Assembly (NCBI GenBank): GCA_965544465.1
Contig: CBEUNJ010000001.1
Location: forward strand, 12,316-76,315
Direction: 5' to 3'
Length of the DNA stretch: 64,000 bases
From: an uncultured Chlorobaculum sp.
GTDB lineage: Bacteria; Bacteroidota; Chlorobiia; Chlorobiales; Chlorobiaceae
A program made the translations under genes and the position numbers. The notes under the pieces were generated by a model. The model was not told the origin of the DNA. It saw only the letters and a program-made list of their open reading frames with translations, and ran no database searches. Position 1 is the first letter of the stretch. Every line of letters starts with the position of its first letter. This document shows positions 45,119-55,277 of the stretch, in pieces.

Positions 45119-45814
45119 TCACCGGCTCTGTTGCGATACAACGTTATTGACCAGATCGTACACGACGTTGACCTGCTCTTCGATGGTCATGTTCGAGGTA
45201 TCGAGCAAGACCGCGTCGGGATGGCGCTTGAGCGGCGCGTGCGTGCGCTGTTCGTCGTCGCGATCCCGCTGTTTGATCTCTTCTTCAAGCTCTTCGACCG
45301 ACGGTACAGCCGCGCCGCTGTTGTTGAGAAGCAGCTCGGCGTGACGCCGTTTGGCGCGTTCAGCCGGATCGGCGACAAGAAAAATCTTCAATTCGGCGTC
45401 AGGGAAAATAACGGTGCCGATGTCGCGACCGTCCATGACGATGCCACGCTCACGGCCCATCTGTTGCTGAAGCTCGCGGAGTTTGTCGCGAACAGCCTTG
45501 AGGGAGCTGATAAAACTGACCTGGCGGCTGACCCGATTTTCCCTGATCGCTTCGGACACATCCTCGCCATCAAGCAAAACCCGCTCACCCTGAAAGCCGA
45601 TCGTGATCGTCCGCAACAGTTCGCCAATGGAAGATTCGTCCTTGCGAATCTCGTCGAGCAGCCCCTCGCGGAGCACCTTGAGCGTGACCGAGCGGTACAT
45701 GGCTCCGGTATCGATATAGGTGTATCCGAGCCTTCCCGCGAGAATTTTGGCGGTCGTGCTTTTACCGGATGCTGCCGGGCCATCTATGGCGACGATGATC
45801 GGTTTCTGTTCGAT
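45119..45814 (-). CDS. cmk: cytidylate kinase, probable non-canonical ATC start
   Basis: [15 protein letters not shown].....[33 protein letters not shown]. In-frame TGA at 45832-45830 and no ATG/GTG/TTG before the P-loop; GAGGAG lies 7 nt before ATC 45814. Confidence 0.9.
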   Translation of the reverse strand: MEQKPIIVAIDGPAASGKSTTAKILAGRLGYTYIDTGAMYRSVTLKVLREGLLDEIRKDESSIGELLRTITIGFQGERVLLDGEDVSEAIRENRVSRQVSFISSLKAVRDKLRELQQQMGRERGIVMDGRDIGTVIFPDAELKIFLVADPAERAKRRHAELLLNNSGAAVPSVEELEEEIKQRDRDDEQRTHAPLKRHPDAVLLDTSNMTIEEQVNVVYDLVNNVVSQQSR

Positions 45815-45968
45815 AGAGCTTCTCCTCGTTCAACACATTTTGACTTAGCTTGTTATTGTAGAAAATCTATTTGGTTTTTCCAAGCATTTTGATTAAATGT
45901 TAAAACCGTTCCTCATACGGTTCCTTTCGTTTTTCCGTTTTTCCATCAATAATCAACCCGCTCCACCT

Positions 45969-47060
45969 ATGTCACTTCGCTGCGGCATTGTCGGTCTGCC
46001 AAATGTCGGCAAATCGACGCTGTTCAATGCCATCACGGCCAAACAGGCCGAAGCCGCCAACTACCCATTCTGCACCATCGAACCCAACGTCGGCACCGTG
46101 CTGGTACCCGACAAGCGCCTCGGTGAACTGGCCAGCGTTGTCAAGACGCCGGTAATCGTTCCGGCGGTGCTCGAAATCGTCGATATTGCCGGTCTGGTCA
46201 AGGGGGCCAGCAAGGGCGAAGGACTAGGCAACCAGTTCCTGTCGCACATTCGCGAAGTCGATGCGATCATCCACGTGGTGCGCTGTTTCGAGGATTCGGA
46301 CATTGTGCACGTCGAGGGCAAAATTGATCCGGCGGACGATATCGCCACCATCGAAACCGAGCTGATGCTGGCCGATCTGGACAGCATGGAAAAGCGCATG
46401 GACAAGCTGCGCAAGAACGCCCGCAAGGAGAAGGAACTGCTGCCGCTGGTCGATCTGGCCGAAAAAATCATCTCGGGACTTGGCGATGGCGTACCGGTGC
46501 GCCGCATCACGGAGACAGACCAGGAGCGCGAGCTGGCCCGCCAGTTCTTCCTTTTGACCTCCAAGCCCATTCTCTACGCGGCCAACGTCGCCGAAAGCGA
46601 TCTGCCTGACGGCAACGAATACAGCGCGAAAGTGGCTGAAATCGCAGCGACCAATGGCGCAAACATGCTGGTCATCAGCGCCAAGGCGGAAGCGGACATC
46701 GCCGAGCTACCCGAAGAGGAGCGCCCGGAGTTCCTCGAAAGCCTCGGGCTCGAAATGTCGGGCCTCGACCGCCTCATCCGCGAGGCCTACGACCTGCTCG
46801 GCCTGCACAACTACTTCACGGCAGGCGTCAAGGAGGTTCATGCCTGGACGATCCGTAAGGGCGCAGCCGCCCCGGAAGCCGCCGCCGCCATTCACACCGA
46901 TTTCGAGAAAGGCTTCATCCGCGCCGAGGTGATCGCCTACGAAGACCTGATCTCCCTCGGCTCGGAGCAAAAGGCAAAAGAGGCCGGCAAGATGCGCTCC
47001 GAAGGCAAGGAGTACATCGTGAAAGACGGCGACGTCATCGTCTTCAGGTTCAACGTGTAA
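45969..47060 (+). CDS. ychF: redox-regulated ATPase YchF
   Basis: [53 protein letters not shown]. Confidence 0.97.
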   Translation: MSLRCGIVGLPNVGKSTLFNAITAKQAEAANYPFCTIEPNVGTVLVPDKRLGELASVVKTPVIVPAVLEIVDIAGLVKGASKGEGLGNQFLSHIREVDAIIHVVRCFEDSDIVHVEGKIDPADDIATIETELMLADLDSMEKRMDKLRKNARKEKELLPLVDLAEKIISGLGDGVPVRRITETDQERELARQFFLLTSKPILYAANVAESDLPDGNEYSAKVAEIAATNGANMLVISAKAEADIAELPEEERPEFLESLGLEMSGLDRLIREAYDLLGLHNYFTAGVKEVHAWTIRKGAAAPEAAAAIHTDFEKGFIRAEVIAYEDLISLGSEQKAKEAGKMRSEGKEYIVKDGDVIVFRFNV

Positions 47061-47066
47061 GCAACC

Positions 47067-47885
47067 ATGCCGCAGCACAAGACTTCAAGCGACAGCCCGA
47101 TCGGCATTTTCGACTCGGGCATCGGCGGGCTGACCGTCGTCAAGGCCGTGCAGGCCGCGCTGCCTTCGGAGCGGCTGATCTACTTCGGCGACACCGCTCG
47201 CGTACCGTATGGCACGAAGTCACAGGTGACGATCCGCAAATACGCCCGCGAAGATACCGAGCTATTGATGAAGCACCAGCCGAAGCTCATCATCGTGGCC
47301 TGCAACACTGTATCGGCGCTGGCGCTTGACGTGGTCGAACAGACCGCGGGCGACATGCCGGTCATCGGCGTGCTGAAAGCGGGCGCTGAACTTGCCGCGC
47401 AACGGACCAAATCAGGCCGGATCGGCGTCATCGGCACCCAGGCCACCATCGGCTCGAACGCCTACACCTGCGCCATCCGTGAAGAAAACGATACGCTTGA
47501 AGTGTTCCCGAAAGCCTGTCCGCTCTTTGTCCCTCTCGCCGAAGAGGGATTCATCAACCACCCCGCCACCCGCCTCGTCGCCAAAGAGTACCTTTCAGCC
47601 TTCACCGGACGAGAGATCGACACCCTCGTGCTCGGCTGCACCCACTACCCGATTTTGCGACAAGTCATCGAAAGCATCGCTGGGCCGGAAATCGCCATCA
47701 TCGACTCCGCTGACGCAGTCGCCAGCAAAGCTGAAGCACTCCTCTCGAAACGCGATCTCCTGAATCAAAGCACCGAGAAAGCGCTACCGCACCTCATAGT
47801 CAGCGACCTCCCCCAGAAATTCCGCAAACTCTACCGCCTCTTCATGGGCACCGAACTCCCCGACGTGGAGCTGGCAGAAGTGTAG
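47067..47885 (+). CDS. murI: glutamate racemase
   Basis: [29 protein letters not shown]. Confidence 0.96.
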   Translation: MPQHKTSSDSPIGIFDSGIGGLTVVKAVQAALPSERLIYFGDTARVPYGTKSQVTIRKYAREDTELLMKHQPKLIIVACNTVSALALDVVEQTAGDMPVIGVLKAGAELAAQRTKSGRIGVIGTQATIGSNAYTCAIREENDTLEVFPKACPLFVPLAEEGFINHPATRLVAKEYLSAFTGREIDTLVLGCTHYPILRQVIESIAGPEIAIIDSADAVASKAEALLSKRDLLNQSTEKALPHLIVSDLPQKFRKLYRLFMGTELPDVELAEV

Positions 47886-47912
47886 GAGCAATCCGGTAGG
47901 TATTCTATTCTT

Positions 47913-47966
47913 CTGATCTGACTGATCTTTCCCATTCTCCCCCACCTCATTGTCTTTCCCATTTTA
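47913..47966. repeat. degenerate 9-bp-period array (about 6 units)
   Basis: ctgatctga/ctgatcttt/cccattctc/ccccacctc/attgtcttt/cccatttta; the 11-mer tctttcccatt recurs 27 bp (3x9) apart. Confidence 0.5.
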
Positions 47967-48033
47967 ATTGTATCTTTTCCGGCAAAATCTGAACCTTGAA
48001 AGGCGCTGGCCTTACCATTCCGGAGAGACGATC

Positions 48034-49032
48034 GTGAAAATCAATCTTGACAGAACATCATCCGGCTTCTGCATCGGCGTGCAGGGCACGATTCATGTTG
48101 CCGAAGAGAAACTCGCACAGTCCGGTGAGCTCTACTGCCTTGGCGACGTGGTGCACAACGAGGTGGAGGTCAAGCGGCTCGAAGCGCTCGGCATGGAGAC
48201 CATCGACATTCCGGCGTTCGAAGAGCTGCGCGATGCCGAGGTGCTGATCCGCGCTCACGGTGAACCGCCATCGACCTACCAAACCGCTCGCCGCAACAAT
48301 CTCGCAATCACCGACACCACCTGCCCGGTGGTGGCGAAGTTACAGAAGACCGCCAAAATGCTGCACCAGCTCGGCTACCAGGTGGTGATCTACGGCAAGA
48401 AAGTTCACCCGGAGGTGATCGGCATCAACGGCCAGTGCAACGACGAAGGCGTCGTCATCAAGCATCCCGACCTGTCCGATAAGGCAGAAACCGCGCCGCT
48501 CGAGCTGGGCCGCAAGACCGCCCTGATCTCCCAGACCACGATGGATGTTCCCGGCTTTTACGAGCTGAAGAAGAACCTTGAAACGCTCTTTGCCACGCAC
48601 GGCCACCGCAACCCCGGCACAGCATCCGGTGCATGGATGGCCGTGCGCGACATCGACATCACCGCCGAAAAAACCGGTGCTCGCGCGATGCCGGAGCTTG
48701 TTTACAAGGACACCATCTGCCGACAGGTTTCGAGCCGCAACGGCAAACTGCGCGACTTCGCGCTGGCCAACGACCGCATCATCTTCGCGGCTGGCCGCAA
48801 AAGCTCGAACGGCCAGGTACTCTATTCGATCTGCAAAGACGCCAATCCGCACAGCTACTTCATCGAGGATGTGAACGAAATCCAGCCGGAGTGGTTCGTC
48901 GGCGAACATGGCAACCCGGTCGAAAGCGTGGGCATCTGCGGCGCAACCTCAACCCCCATGTGGCTACTCGAAAAGGTGGCGCACTCTATCGACAAAACCT
49001 TCGGCGATGGCTCCGGCAACCCGGGCGCATGA
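48034..49032 (+). CDS. ispH: 4-hydroxy-3-methylbut-2-enyl diphosphate reductase
   Basis: SGFC.GV, VVHN, IRAHG, DTTCP.V, HPEVIG, SQTT, TICRQV..R, SSN; GTG start. Confidence 0.94.
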   Translation: MKINLDRTSSGFCIGVQGTIHVAEEKLAQSGELYCLGDVVHNEVEVKRLEALGMETIDIPAFEELRDAEVLIRAHGEPPSTYQTARRNNLAITDTTCPVVAKLQKTAKMLHQLGYQVVIYGKKVHPEVIGINGQCNDEGVVIKHPDLSDKAETAPLELGRKTALISQTTMDVPGFYELKKNLETLFATHGHRNPGTASGAWMAVRDIDITAEKTGARAMPELVYKDTICRQVSSRNGKLRDFALANDRIIFAAGRKSSNGQVLYSICKDANPHSYFIEDVNEIQPEWFVGEHGNPVESVGICGATSTPMWLLEKVAHSIDKTFGDGSGNPGA

Positions 49033-49057
49033 ACGCAACCATGAAATGATACCGACT

Positions 49058-51022
49058 ATGAAATCCGTCAACCTCATTATCGATGGCCGCAACGTGCAGG
49101 CGGCTCCGGGACAAACCATCCTCGAAGCGGCTCGCAGCAACGGCATTCGCATCCCCACCCTCTGCTTCCACAAAGAGATCGAAGCAACCGGCTCGTGCTG
49201 GATATGCATCGTAGAACTCAAGGGCAAGAACCGCTTTATCCCCTCGTGTAGCACAAAGGTGAGCGAAGGAATGGTGGTCGAGACGCGCAACGCCGAGCTG
49301 GACTCGATGCGCCGCCAGAGCCTCGAACGGCTCCTCGCCCAGCACTGCGGCGACTGCCTCGCGCCGTGCGAGCTGGCCTGCCCGGCAGGTTGCGACATTC
49401 CCGAATTCGTCTCGGCCATCGCCAAAGGCAACAACCGCGAGGCGCTGGAAATCATCCGCCGCACCATTCCGCTGCCGGGCATCCTCGGGCGCGTCTGCCC
49501 CGCCCCGTGCGAGGAGGCGTGCCGCCGCCACGGCGTTGACGAACCGGTCTCGATCTGCGCCCTCAAGCGCTTCGCCGCCGACCAGGAGATCGTTGAAAAA
49601 TCGGAACTGCCGGAGCGCAACCCAGCCTCCGGCAAGCGCGTAGCCATCGTCGGCGCGGGACCTGCTGGCCTGACTGCCGCGTGGTTCTTGCTGCTTGGCG
49701 GCCACGAGGTGACGATCATCGACGCGAACGAAAAAGCGGGCGGCATGATGCGCTACGGCATCCCGAAATTCCGCCTGCCCGAAGCGGTGATCGACGCCGA
49801 TGTCGAGCCGCTCGTGAAGATGGGCGCGACCTTCCGCTTCTCGACTCTGTTCGGAAAAGATACCGGACTGGAGGAGTTGCAGAAAGAGCATGACGCCATA
49901 CTGCTCACCATCGGCGCGAGCCGGGCTGCGAAGCTCGGCATTCCGGGCGAAGAGCTGGACGGCGTGCAGAGCGGCATCGGTTTCCTTGCCAACGTTGCGG
50001 ACGGAAAGGCTGCCGCGCCCGGCAAGTCGGTCATCGTCATCGGTGGCGGCAACACGGCCATCGACGCAGCGCGAACCGCCCTGCGACTCGGCGCGGAATC
50101 GGTGACGATTCTCTACCGCCGAGGCCGCGAAGAGATGCCCGCCAACCGGCTTGAAATCGAGGAAGCGGTCGCCGAGGGGGTCGAGCTTCGTTTGCTCGCC
50201 GCGCCGGTTTCGATTGAGAATGGAGCGGACGGACTCGTCGTCACGGCGGTCGAAATGCAGCTCGGCGAGCCCGACGCAAGTGGACGCCGCCGCCCGGTTC
50301 CCGTTGCGGGATCGGAGTTCACGCTGCAAGCCGACACGGTCATCTCAGCCACCGGCCAGCAGGTTGACCTTCCGGCAGAAGCCGCATCGGGCATCGGCAC
50401 CGAGCGCAACGGCACGGTCACCGTGCAGCGCGGCTCGATGCTTACCAGCGCTTCTGGCGTCTTCGCAGCAGGCGACTGCGTCAGCGGCCCCGATCTGGCC
50501 ATCGAGGCTATCCGGCAGGGCCGTGTGGCCGCCGAAGCCATCGACCGCTTCCTCTGCGGTGGCGATCCGACTGCAACGAACAAAAAGCGCTTCAACTCAT
50601 CCTACGGAGCACGCGACACGGCCCCGCACCAATTCTACGACCGGGCAAGGCCAGCGGCACGGGTTGCCATGCCGGAGCTTGAGGCCGAAGCGAGACGCCG
50701 AAGTTTCGATGAGGCGGTGACGGGCTACAATCCGGAACAGGCACGCGAGGAGGCCAAGCGCTGCCTGCGCTGCCGCTGCCAAGCGGTGGACAACTGCCGC
50801 CTGCGCAATCTCGCCACGGCGTTCGGCGTAGCCACTCCGATCACCGAAGAAACCCATGAATACTTCAGCATTAACAGAGCAGGCAACATACGTTTCGAGC
50901 GGGAAAAGTGCGTCGATTGCGGCGTCTGCATCCGCACGCTGGAATCGGTCAGCGGAGATGAACTCACAATCCAGCAGGAACTGGCCGACCACTGCCCGAC
51001 CGGAGCCATCAGCGGGCGATGA
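49058..51022 (+). CDS. multi-Fe-S FAD-dependent NAD(P)H oxidoreductase (2Fe-2S plus GltD/DsrL-like)
   Basis: N-terminal [2Fe-2S] (LC....GSCWIC...C), GltD-type PC..ACP and GRVCPAPCE..CRR, two Rossmann folds (VGAGPAG; IGGGNTAID, YRR), CLRC and CVDCGVC...CP. Confidence 0.85.
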   Translation: MKSVNLIIDGRNVQAAPGQTILEAARSNGIRIPTLCFHKEIEATGSCWICIVELKGKNRFIPSCSTKVSEGMVVETRNAELDSMRRQSLERLLAQHCGDCLAPCELACPAGCDIPEFVSAIAKGNNREALEIIRRTIPLPGILGRVCPAPCEEACRRHGVDEPVSICALKRFAADQEIVEKSELPERNPASGKRVAIVGAGPAGLTAAWFLLLGGHEVTIIDANEKAGGMMRYGIPKFRLPEAVIDADVEPLVKMGATFRFSTLFGKDTGLEELQKEHDAILLTIGASRAAKLGIPGEELDGVQSGIGFLANVADGKAAAPGKSVIVIGGGNTAIDAARTALRLGAESVTILYRRGREEMPANRLEIEEAVAEGVELRLLAAPVSIENGADGLVVTAVEMQLGEPDASGRRRPVPVAGSEFTLQADTVISATGQQVDLPAEAASGIGTERNGTVTVQRGSMLTSASGVFAAGDCVSGPDLAIEAIRQGRVAAEAIDRFLCGGDPTATNKKRFNSSYGARDTAPHQFYDRARPAARVAMPELEAEARRRSFDEAVTGYNPEQAREEAKRCLRCRCQAVDNCRLRNLATAFGVATPITEETHEYFSINRAGNIRFEREKCVDCGVCIRTLESVSGDELTIQQELADHCPTGAISGR

Positions 51023-51061
51023 GGATATTGAGCGTCAATTGGAGACCGTCCTGCGTTCCAT

Positions 51062-51155
51062 GTCATTGCGAGGAACGAAGCGACGTGGCGACCCATTCGC
51101 ACATTCAGCAAGATGGATTGCCACGTCCCGACAAGTCGGGCCTCGCGATAACGAC
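51062..51155. repeat. branched palindromic intergenic element (REP/RPE-like)
   Basis: gtcattgcgagg...cctcgcgataacgac outer arms, gacgtggcgacccat/atggattgccacgtc inner arms, cccgac-aa-gtcggg hairpin. Confidence 0.7.
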
Positions 51156-51221
51156 TCCTGTTACAGCAGTCTCATTATGTTTCTGACGGTTGTCGGAAAC
51201 ACAATGAGACAACAACCTCGC

Positions 51222-51524
51222 TCACTTGTTCACCTCTTTCTGAGACTGTTCTTCGTCGCTTTTGAACAGCCAATCGAACGCCTTCATTGCATTTCCCCCT
51301 TTGTGCACCGCCTCCTTGACCGACTTGCTGGCTTTCTCCGCCTTTTCGGCGGGGTTGCCGCCATGCCAGCTCACCCAAGCGATGTAGAGGATGCCGAACG
51401 CGACGAGAACGACGAGAAAGCGCAGAATCCGCCGGGCGAATGAGAGCACGATCAGCAGCGAAAAAATCACAGCAACGCCGAGCGCGAGCGGATGGGTTGT
51501 CAGGTAGTTGATAACATCACTCAT
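51222..51524 (-). CDS. hypothetical small membrane protein (2 TM plus charged tail)
   Basis: 100 aa, starts 14 nt after the lpxB stop, hydrophobic N-terminal half. Confidence 0.65.
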   Translation of the reverse strand: MSDVINYLTTHPLALGVAVIFSLLIVLSFARRILRFLVVLVAFGILYIAWVSWHGGNPAEKAEKASKSVKEAVHKGGNAMKAFDWLFKSDEEQSQKEVNK

Positions 51525-51537
51525 AGCTTCACCTCAT

Positions 51538-52683
51538 TCAAAGATATTCAAGCAGCACGGCGGCCACGTGGCGTGACGGCGAATCCGATGAGAGCCGCGC
51601 CCGCGCATCCTGAAGCTCGCACCGCATCGCCGAGGAGAGGGCATCGTCACAAAGAATTTGCAGCGCCTGACGGCTGATGTTTTCGGCGTTAGCCTCGTGC
51701 TGGATCAGCTCCGGCACGGCCTGCTTTTCCGACAGCAATCCGCAGGCGACAATGTTGGCCAGCGCAATGTTGTTGAGCTTCACCAGCCGCTTACCGATGA
51801 AGTAGTTCAGCGGCGAGGTCTTGTAGAGCACCACCATCGGCGTGGCGAAGCAGAGCGATTCAAGCGTTGCCGTACCGGAGGTCACCAGCTCCAGATCGCT
51901 GTACTGCATCACCTCGTACGATGAGCAGACGAACGTTTCGACGCCCACTTGGCGGATGTAGCGCTCGTACAGCGCCAGGTCGATATGCGGCGACTTGGCG
52001 AGCAGGAATACCGTTTTCGTCTGCTCCCGGATACGCTTTGCCGCACCGAGCATTTCGGGGAAAATCTTCTCGATCTCCTGCTTGCGGCTGCCCGGTAACA
52101 GGCCGATGATACGGGCGTCGGGAGCAATGCCCATCCGCGCGAGGAACTCCGGCTTCGGCGCGAATTTCAGCTCCGCCAGCTCTTCGACCACCGGATTGCC
52201 TACGAACTCGGCCTCGATGCCGTGGCGTCGGTAAAAATCAACCTCGAAATCAAAAATGACCAGCAAGCGATCAACGCAGGCGCGAATCTTCTCGACCCGC
52301 CGCTCCTTCCACGCCCACACCTGCGGCGAAATGTAGTAGATCACCGGAACTCCCTGCTTTTTCAGAAACGCCGCTATGTGCAGGTTCATGCCGGGATAGT
52401 CGACAAGCAGCGCGGCGTCGGGCTTTTCGCGCACAATGGCCGCCTTGAGTTCGCGAATCACCTTGCGCAGGAACACCGCCTGCTTGAGCACCTCGACGAA
52501 GCCCATGATGCTCATCTCGTCGGTGGTGTAGAGCAGCTCCGCGCCAAGTTCGGCGAGCTTGCGCCCGCCTACGCCGAACACCTTCGTACCGGGAGCCTTT
52601 TCAAGCAGCGTTGACACAGGGCCGGAGGCGTGCAGATCGCCGGAAACCTCACCGGCAAGAACGAACAGGGTCTTGCCGCGCAT
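51538..52683 (-). CDS. lpxB: lipid-A-disaccharide synthase
   Basis: LAGEVSGDLH, MGFVEVL, VDYPGMN, YYISPQVWAW, VGNP, LLPGSR..EI, TSGTATLE; start 52683 or 52704. Confidence 0.95.
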   Translation of the reverse strand: MRGKTLFVLAGEVSGDLHASGPVSTLLEKAPGTKVFGVGGRKLAELGAELLYTTDEMSIMGFVEVLKQAVFLRKVIRELKAAIVREKPDAALLVDYPGMNLHIAAFLKKQGVPVIYYISPQVWAWKERRVEKIRACVDRLLVIFDFEVDFYRRHGIEAEFVGNPVVEELAELKFAPKPEFLARMGIAPDARIIGLLPGSRKQEIEKIFPEMLGAAKRIREQTKTVFLLAKSPHIDLALYERYIRQVGVETFVCSSYEVMQYSDLELVTSGTATLESLCFATPMVVLYKTSPLNYFIGKRLVKLNNIALANIVACGLLSEKQAVPELIQHEANAENISRQALQILCDDALSSAMRCELQDARARLSSDSPSRHVAAVLLEYL

Positions 52684-52924
52684 CGGCTGCTGAAATTGCA
52701 TCATCGAACAGGAAAGCGTATATTTAAAAACAAGTTACCTCACCGGCTGAGGAGCGGTAAATTCAGGATACCTCTGAAAGCTATCGCACATCCCGATTGC
52801 TGCGTATATTGCCGACAGCAACCGTGCTTGCGTCCACATCGTTCAAAACGCTTTGCAGAGATGCCCTTCATGAAATGAAACGCCAGCCAGTCCAACAATT
52901 ATATTAAATTAAATTCACAACAGA

Positions 52925-54307
52925 ATGCAAGTCAAGTTCGGAACCGATGGTTGGCGAGCAATTATCGCCAAAGAATACACTTACGACAATCTCAAACTGG
53001 CAGCTCTCGCATCGGGAGCTTACTTCCTCTCGCATCCCGACAAAGCCAACGGCGTCTGCGTTGGTTACGACACCCGGTTCATGTCGAAGGAGTTCGCCCG
53101 CTACACGGCGGAGGTGCTCTCGTCGATGGGCCTGAAGGTCTATCTCGCCGACAGCTTCGCCTCCACGCCCGCCGTCTCGCTCTACACCCGCGATCACAAA
53201 CTCGCCGGCGGCGTGATGATCACCGCATCGCACAACCCACCGCAGTACAACGGCTTCAAGATCAAGGCGTCGTTCGGCGGCCCAGCCAATCCGGAGGTGA
53301 TCGACGAAATTGAAAAGAATCTGCTCACGGTGGACGCCGCGACGCCGGTCACTCCTGCGGAGAACCTGATTACGATGACCGACATCAAATCGTACTACGC
53401 GAGCTATCTCGAAGCGAAACTCGACTTGAAACTGATCCGCGAATCGGGCATCAAAATTGCCCACAACGCCATGTATGGCGCGGGTCAAGACATGATTACC
53501 CGCCTGTTCGACGAGTCGATGGTCAACTGCTATCACTGCTCGCAGAACCCCGGCTTCAACGGCATCAACCCCGAACCGATTCCGCAATACATCGGCGACT
53601 TCGTGGAGTTCTTCAAGGAGGTCGAAACCGACGTGGCGATCATCAACGACGGCGACGCCGACCGCATAGGAATGCTCGACGAAGAGGGCAAGTTCGTTGA
53701 TTCGCACAAGCTGTTCGCCATCATTCTGAAATATCTGGTCGAACAGAAGGGCCAGCGCGGCGAGGTAGCCAAGACCTTTGCATTGACCGACATCATCGAC
53801 AAACTTTGCAAAAAGCACGATCTGAAGATGCATCTCCTGCCGGTCGGCTTCAAGCATGTCAGCAAGCTGATGGCCACCAACGACATTCTCATCGGCGGCG
53901 AAGAGTCCGGCGGCATCGGCATTACCTCATTCCTGCCCGAGCGCGACGGCGTCTATATCGGCCTGCTGATTCTTGAAATCATGGCGCTCCGCCAGAAAAC
54001 GCTCACCGGCTTGGTCGAAGAGCTGTACGAGGAGTTCGGATTTTTCAGCTACAACCGCAACGACCTGCGCGTTGCCGAAGAGAAAAAAAACGCCATCATC
54101 GCAGCGGCGGCTGGCGGTAAGCTGAAAAGCATCGCGGGCTATGCGGTCACGGGATTCAACGACCTTGACGGCTACAAATACCATTTCGAAGGCGGCTGGC
54201 TGCTCATCAGGCCGTCGGGTACCGAGCCAATACTGCGAATCTACTGCGAGGCCGATTCGACAGACAAGGTGGAAAAAGTGCTCGCATTCGCCTCGAAACT
54301 GGCATAA
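52925..54307 (+). CDS. phosphoglucomutase/phosphomannomutase
   Basis: FGTDGWR, TASHNP, DGDADR, GGEESGG, RPSGTEP. Confidence 0.93.
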   Translation: MQVKFGTDGWRAIIAKEYTYDNLKLAALASGAYFLSHPDKANGVCVGYDTRFMSKEFARYTAEVLSSMGLKVYLADSFASTPAVSLYTRDHKLAGGVMITASHNPPQYNGFKIKASFGGPANPEVIDEIEKNLLTVDAATPVTPAENLITMTDIKSYYASYLEAKLDLKLIRESGIKIAHNAMYGAGQDMITRLFDESMVNCYHCSQNPGFNGINPEPIPQYIGDFVEFFKEVETDVAIINDGDADRIGMLDEEGKFVDSHKLFAIILKYLVEQKGQRGEVAKTFALTDIIDKLCKKHDLKMHLLPVGFKHVSKLMATNDILIGGEESGGIGITSFLPERDGVYIGLLILEIMALRQKTLTGLVEELYEEFGFFSYNRNDLRVAEEKKNAIIAAAAGGKLKSIAGYAVTGFNDLDGYKYHFEGGWLLIRPSGTEPILRIYCEADSTDKVEKVLAFASKLA

Positions 54308-54371
54308 AGAGCGCAAGAACGGCAGCAAATGACCGTCACATAAAAACGTCAAGCATGTTTTGTACACTTGA

Positions 54372-54513
54372 GGGCACCTCTAAAAAGTGTCATGAGCGAC
54401 CTGAGTGCAAGGCGGATGGAGCGCAGAAACCGGAATGTACGCAGTGTACATGAGGATTTCGAGCACCACCCAACGCCGCAATCGGGCCGCGCAATAAGTT
54501 TTTAGAGGTGCCC
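54372..54513. mobile_element. 142-bp MITE (non-autonomous IS derivative)
   Basis: Perfect 15-bp TIRs GGGCACCTCTAAAAA (54372-86) / TTTTTAGAGGTGCCC (54499-513), flanked by direct TTGA (54368-71, 54514-17); no transposase. Confidence 0.85.
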
Positions 54514-54623
54514 TTGAGTACGCGCCGCGTCATTCGTTGATTGTTCCGAGTGACACGGCGCGAGGCTGATGGTGCTGCCACCGGCCAGAAAACATATGTT
54601 CTTAGCGCATTAACAGTTATCAC

Positions 54624-55184
54624 TTGGAGCAGACGACTACTACATCCAGCGAACGCTTTTTCAGCGATCTTGTCGCAGAACATCAGGACATGGTCATCAA
54701 TACCTGTTACCGGTTCGTTTTCAATCGGGAAGATGCCGAAGACCTGGCCCAAGAGGTGTTCATCGAAGTCAACCGGTCGCTTGACAAGTTCCGGCAGGAA
54801 TCGAAACTCTCTACCTGGATTTACCGGATTGCTGTCACCAAATCGCTTGACCACCTGCGTCGCCAGAAACGCAAAAAACGTTTCAGCTCGCTGAAACGGA
54901 TCATCGGCATCGACGATCCGGCAGAATCGCTTCCGGCCCCCAACCATAACAATCCCGCCGATGTGCTCGTCGGCAATGAGCGGGCCGACAAGCTCCGCAA
55001 TGCGCTCGATTCGCTGCCGGACAACCAGAAAACAGCGTTTCTGTTAAGCAAATACGACGGCTATGGCAACCAGGAGATCGCCGACATTCTCGAGACCACC
55101 GTTCCGGCAGTGGAATCGCTCATTCACCGGGCGAAGAAAAATCTTCAGTCACGCCTGGAGCGAGAATTCCGGTCAGAATCATAA
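54624..55184 (+). CDS. ECF RNA polymerase sigma factor
   Basis: Region 2 [26 protein letters not shown]; region 4 ALDSLP..Q..AFLL....G....EIA.IL......V.S..HRA; TTG start. Confidence 0.92.
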   Translation: MEQTTTTSSERFFSDLVAEHQDMVINTCYRFVFNREDAEDLAQEVFIEVNRSLDKFRQESKLSTWIYRIAVTKSLDHLRRQKRKKRFSSLKRIIGIDDPAESLPAPNHNNPADVLVGNERADKLRNALDSLPDNQKTAFLLSKYDGYGNQEIADILETTVPAVESLIHRAKKNLQSRLEREFRSES

Positions 55185-55277
55185 CGAACGCGACCCGAGA
55201 CAACGGAAGCAAGAGGTACCATACAAGATTTTGCAAGCGTTGACGTCAAATAGCAGAAAATGAAACGGAGCAGAACC

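Noticed and set aside
45830-45838. Selenocysteine or read-through at the TGA upstream of cmk
   Set aside because: Not a catalytic position, no evident SECIS hairpin, and the SD-spaced ATC start or an indel is a simpler explanation.
50856-51443. 195-aa ORF spanning the palindromic element
   Set aside because: Overlaps two better-supported genes, with no coherent composition.
55240-55249. Perfect palindrome TTGACGTCAA between the sigma and anti-sigma genes
   Set aside because: A single 10-bp palindrome is expected by chance in 64 kb, and there is no second copy.
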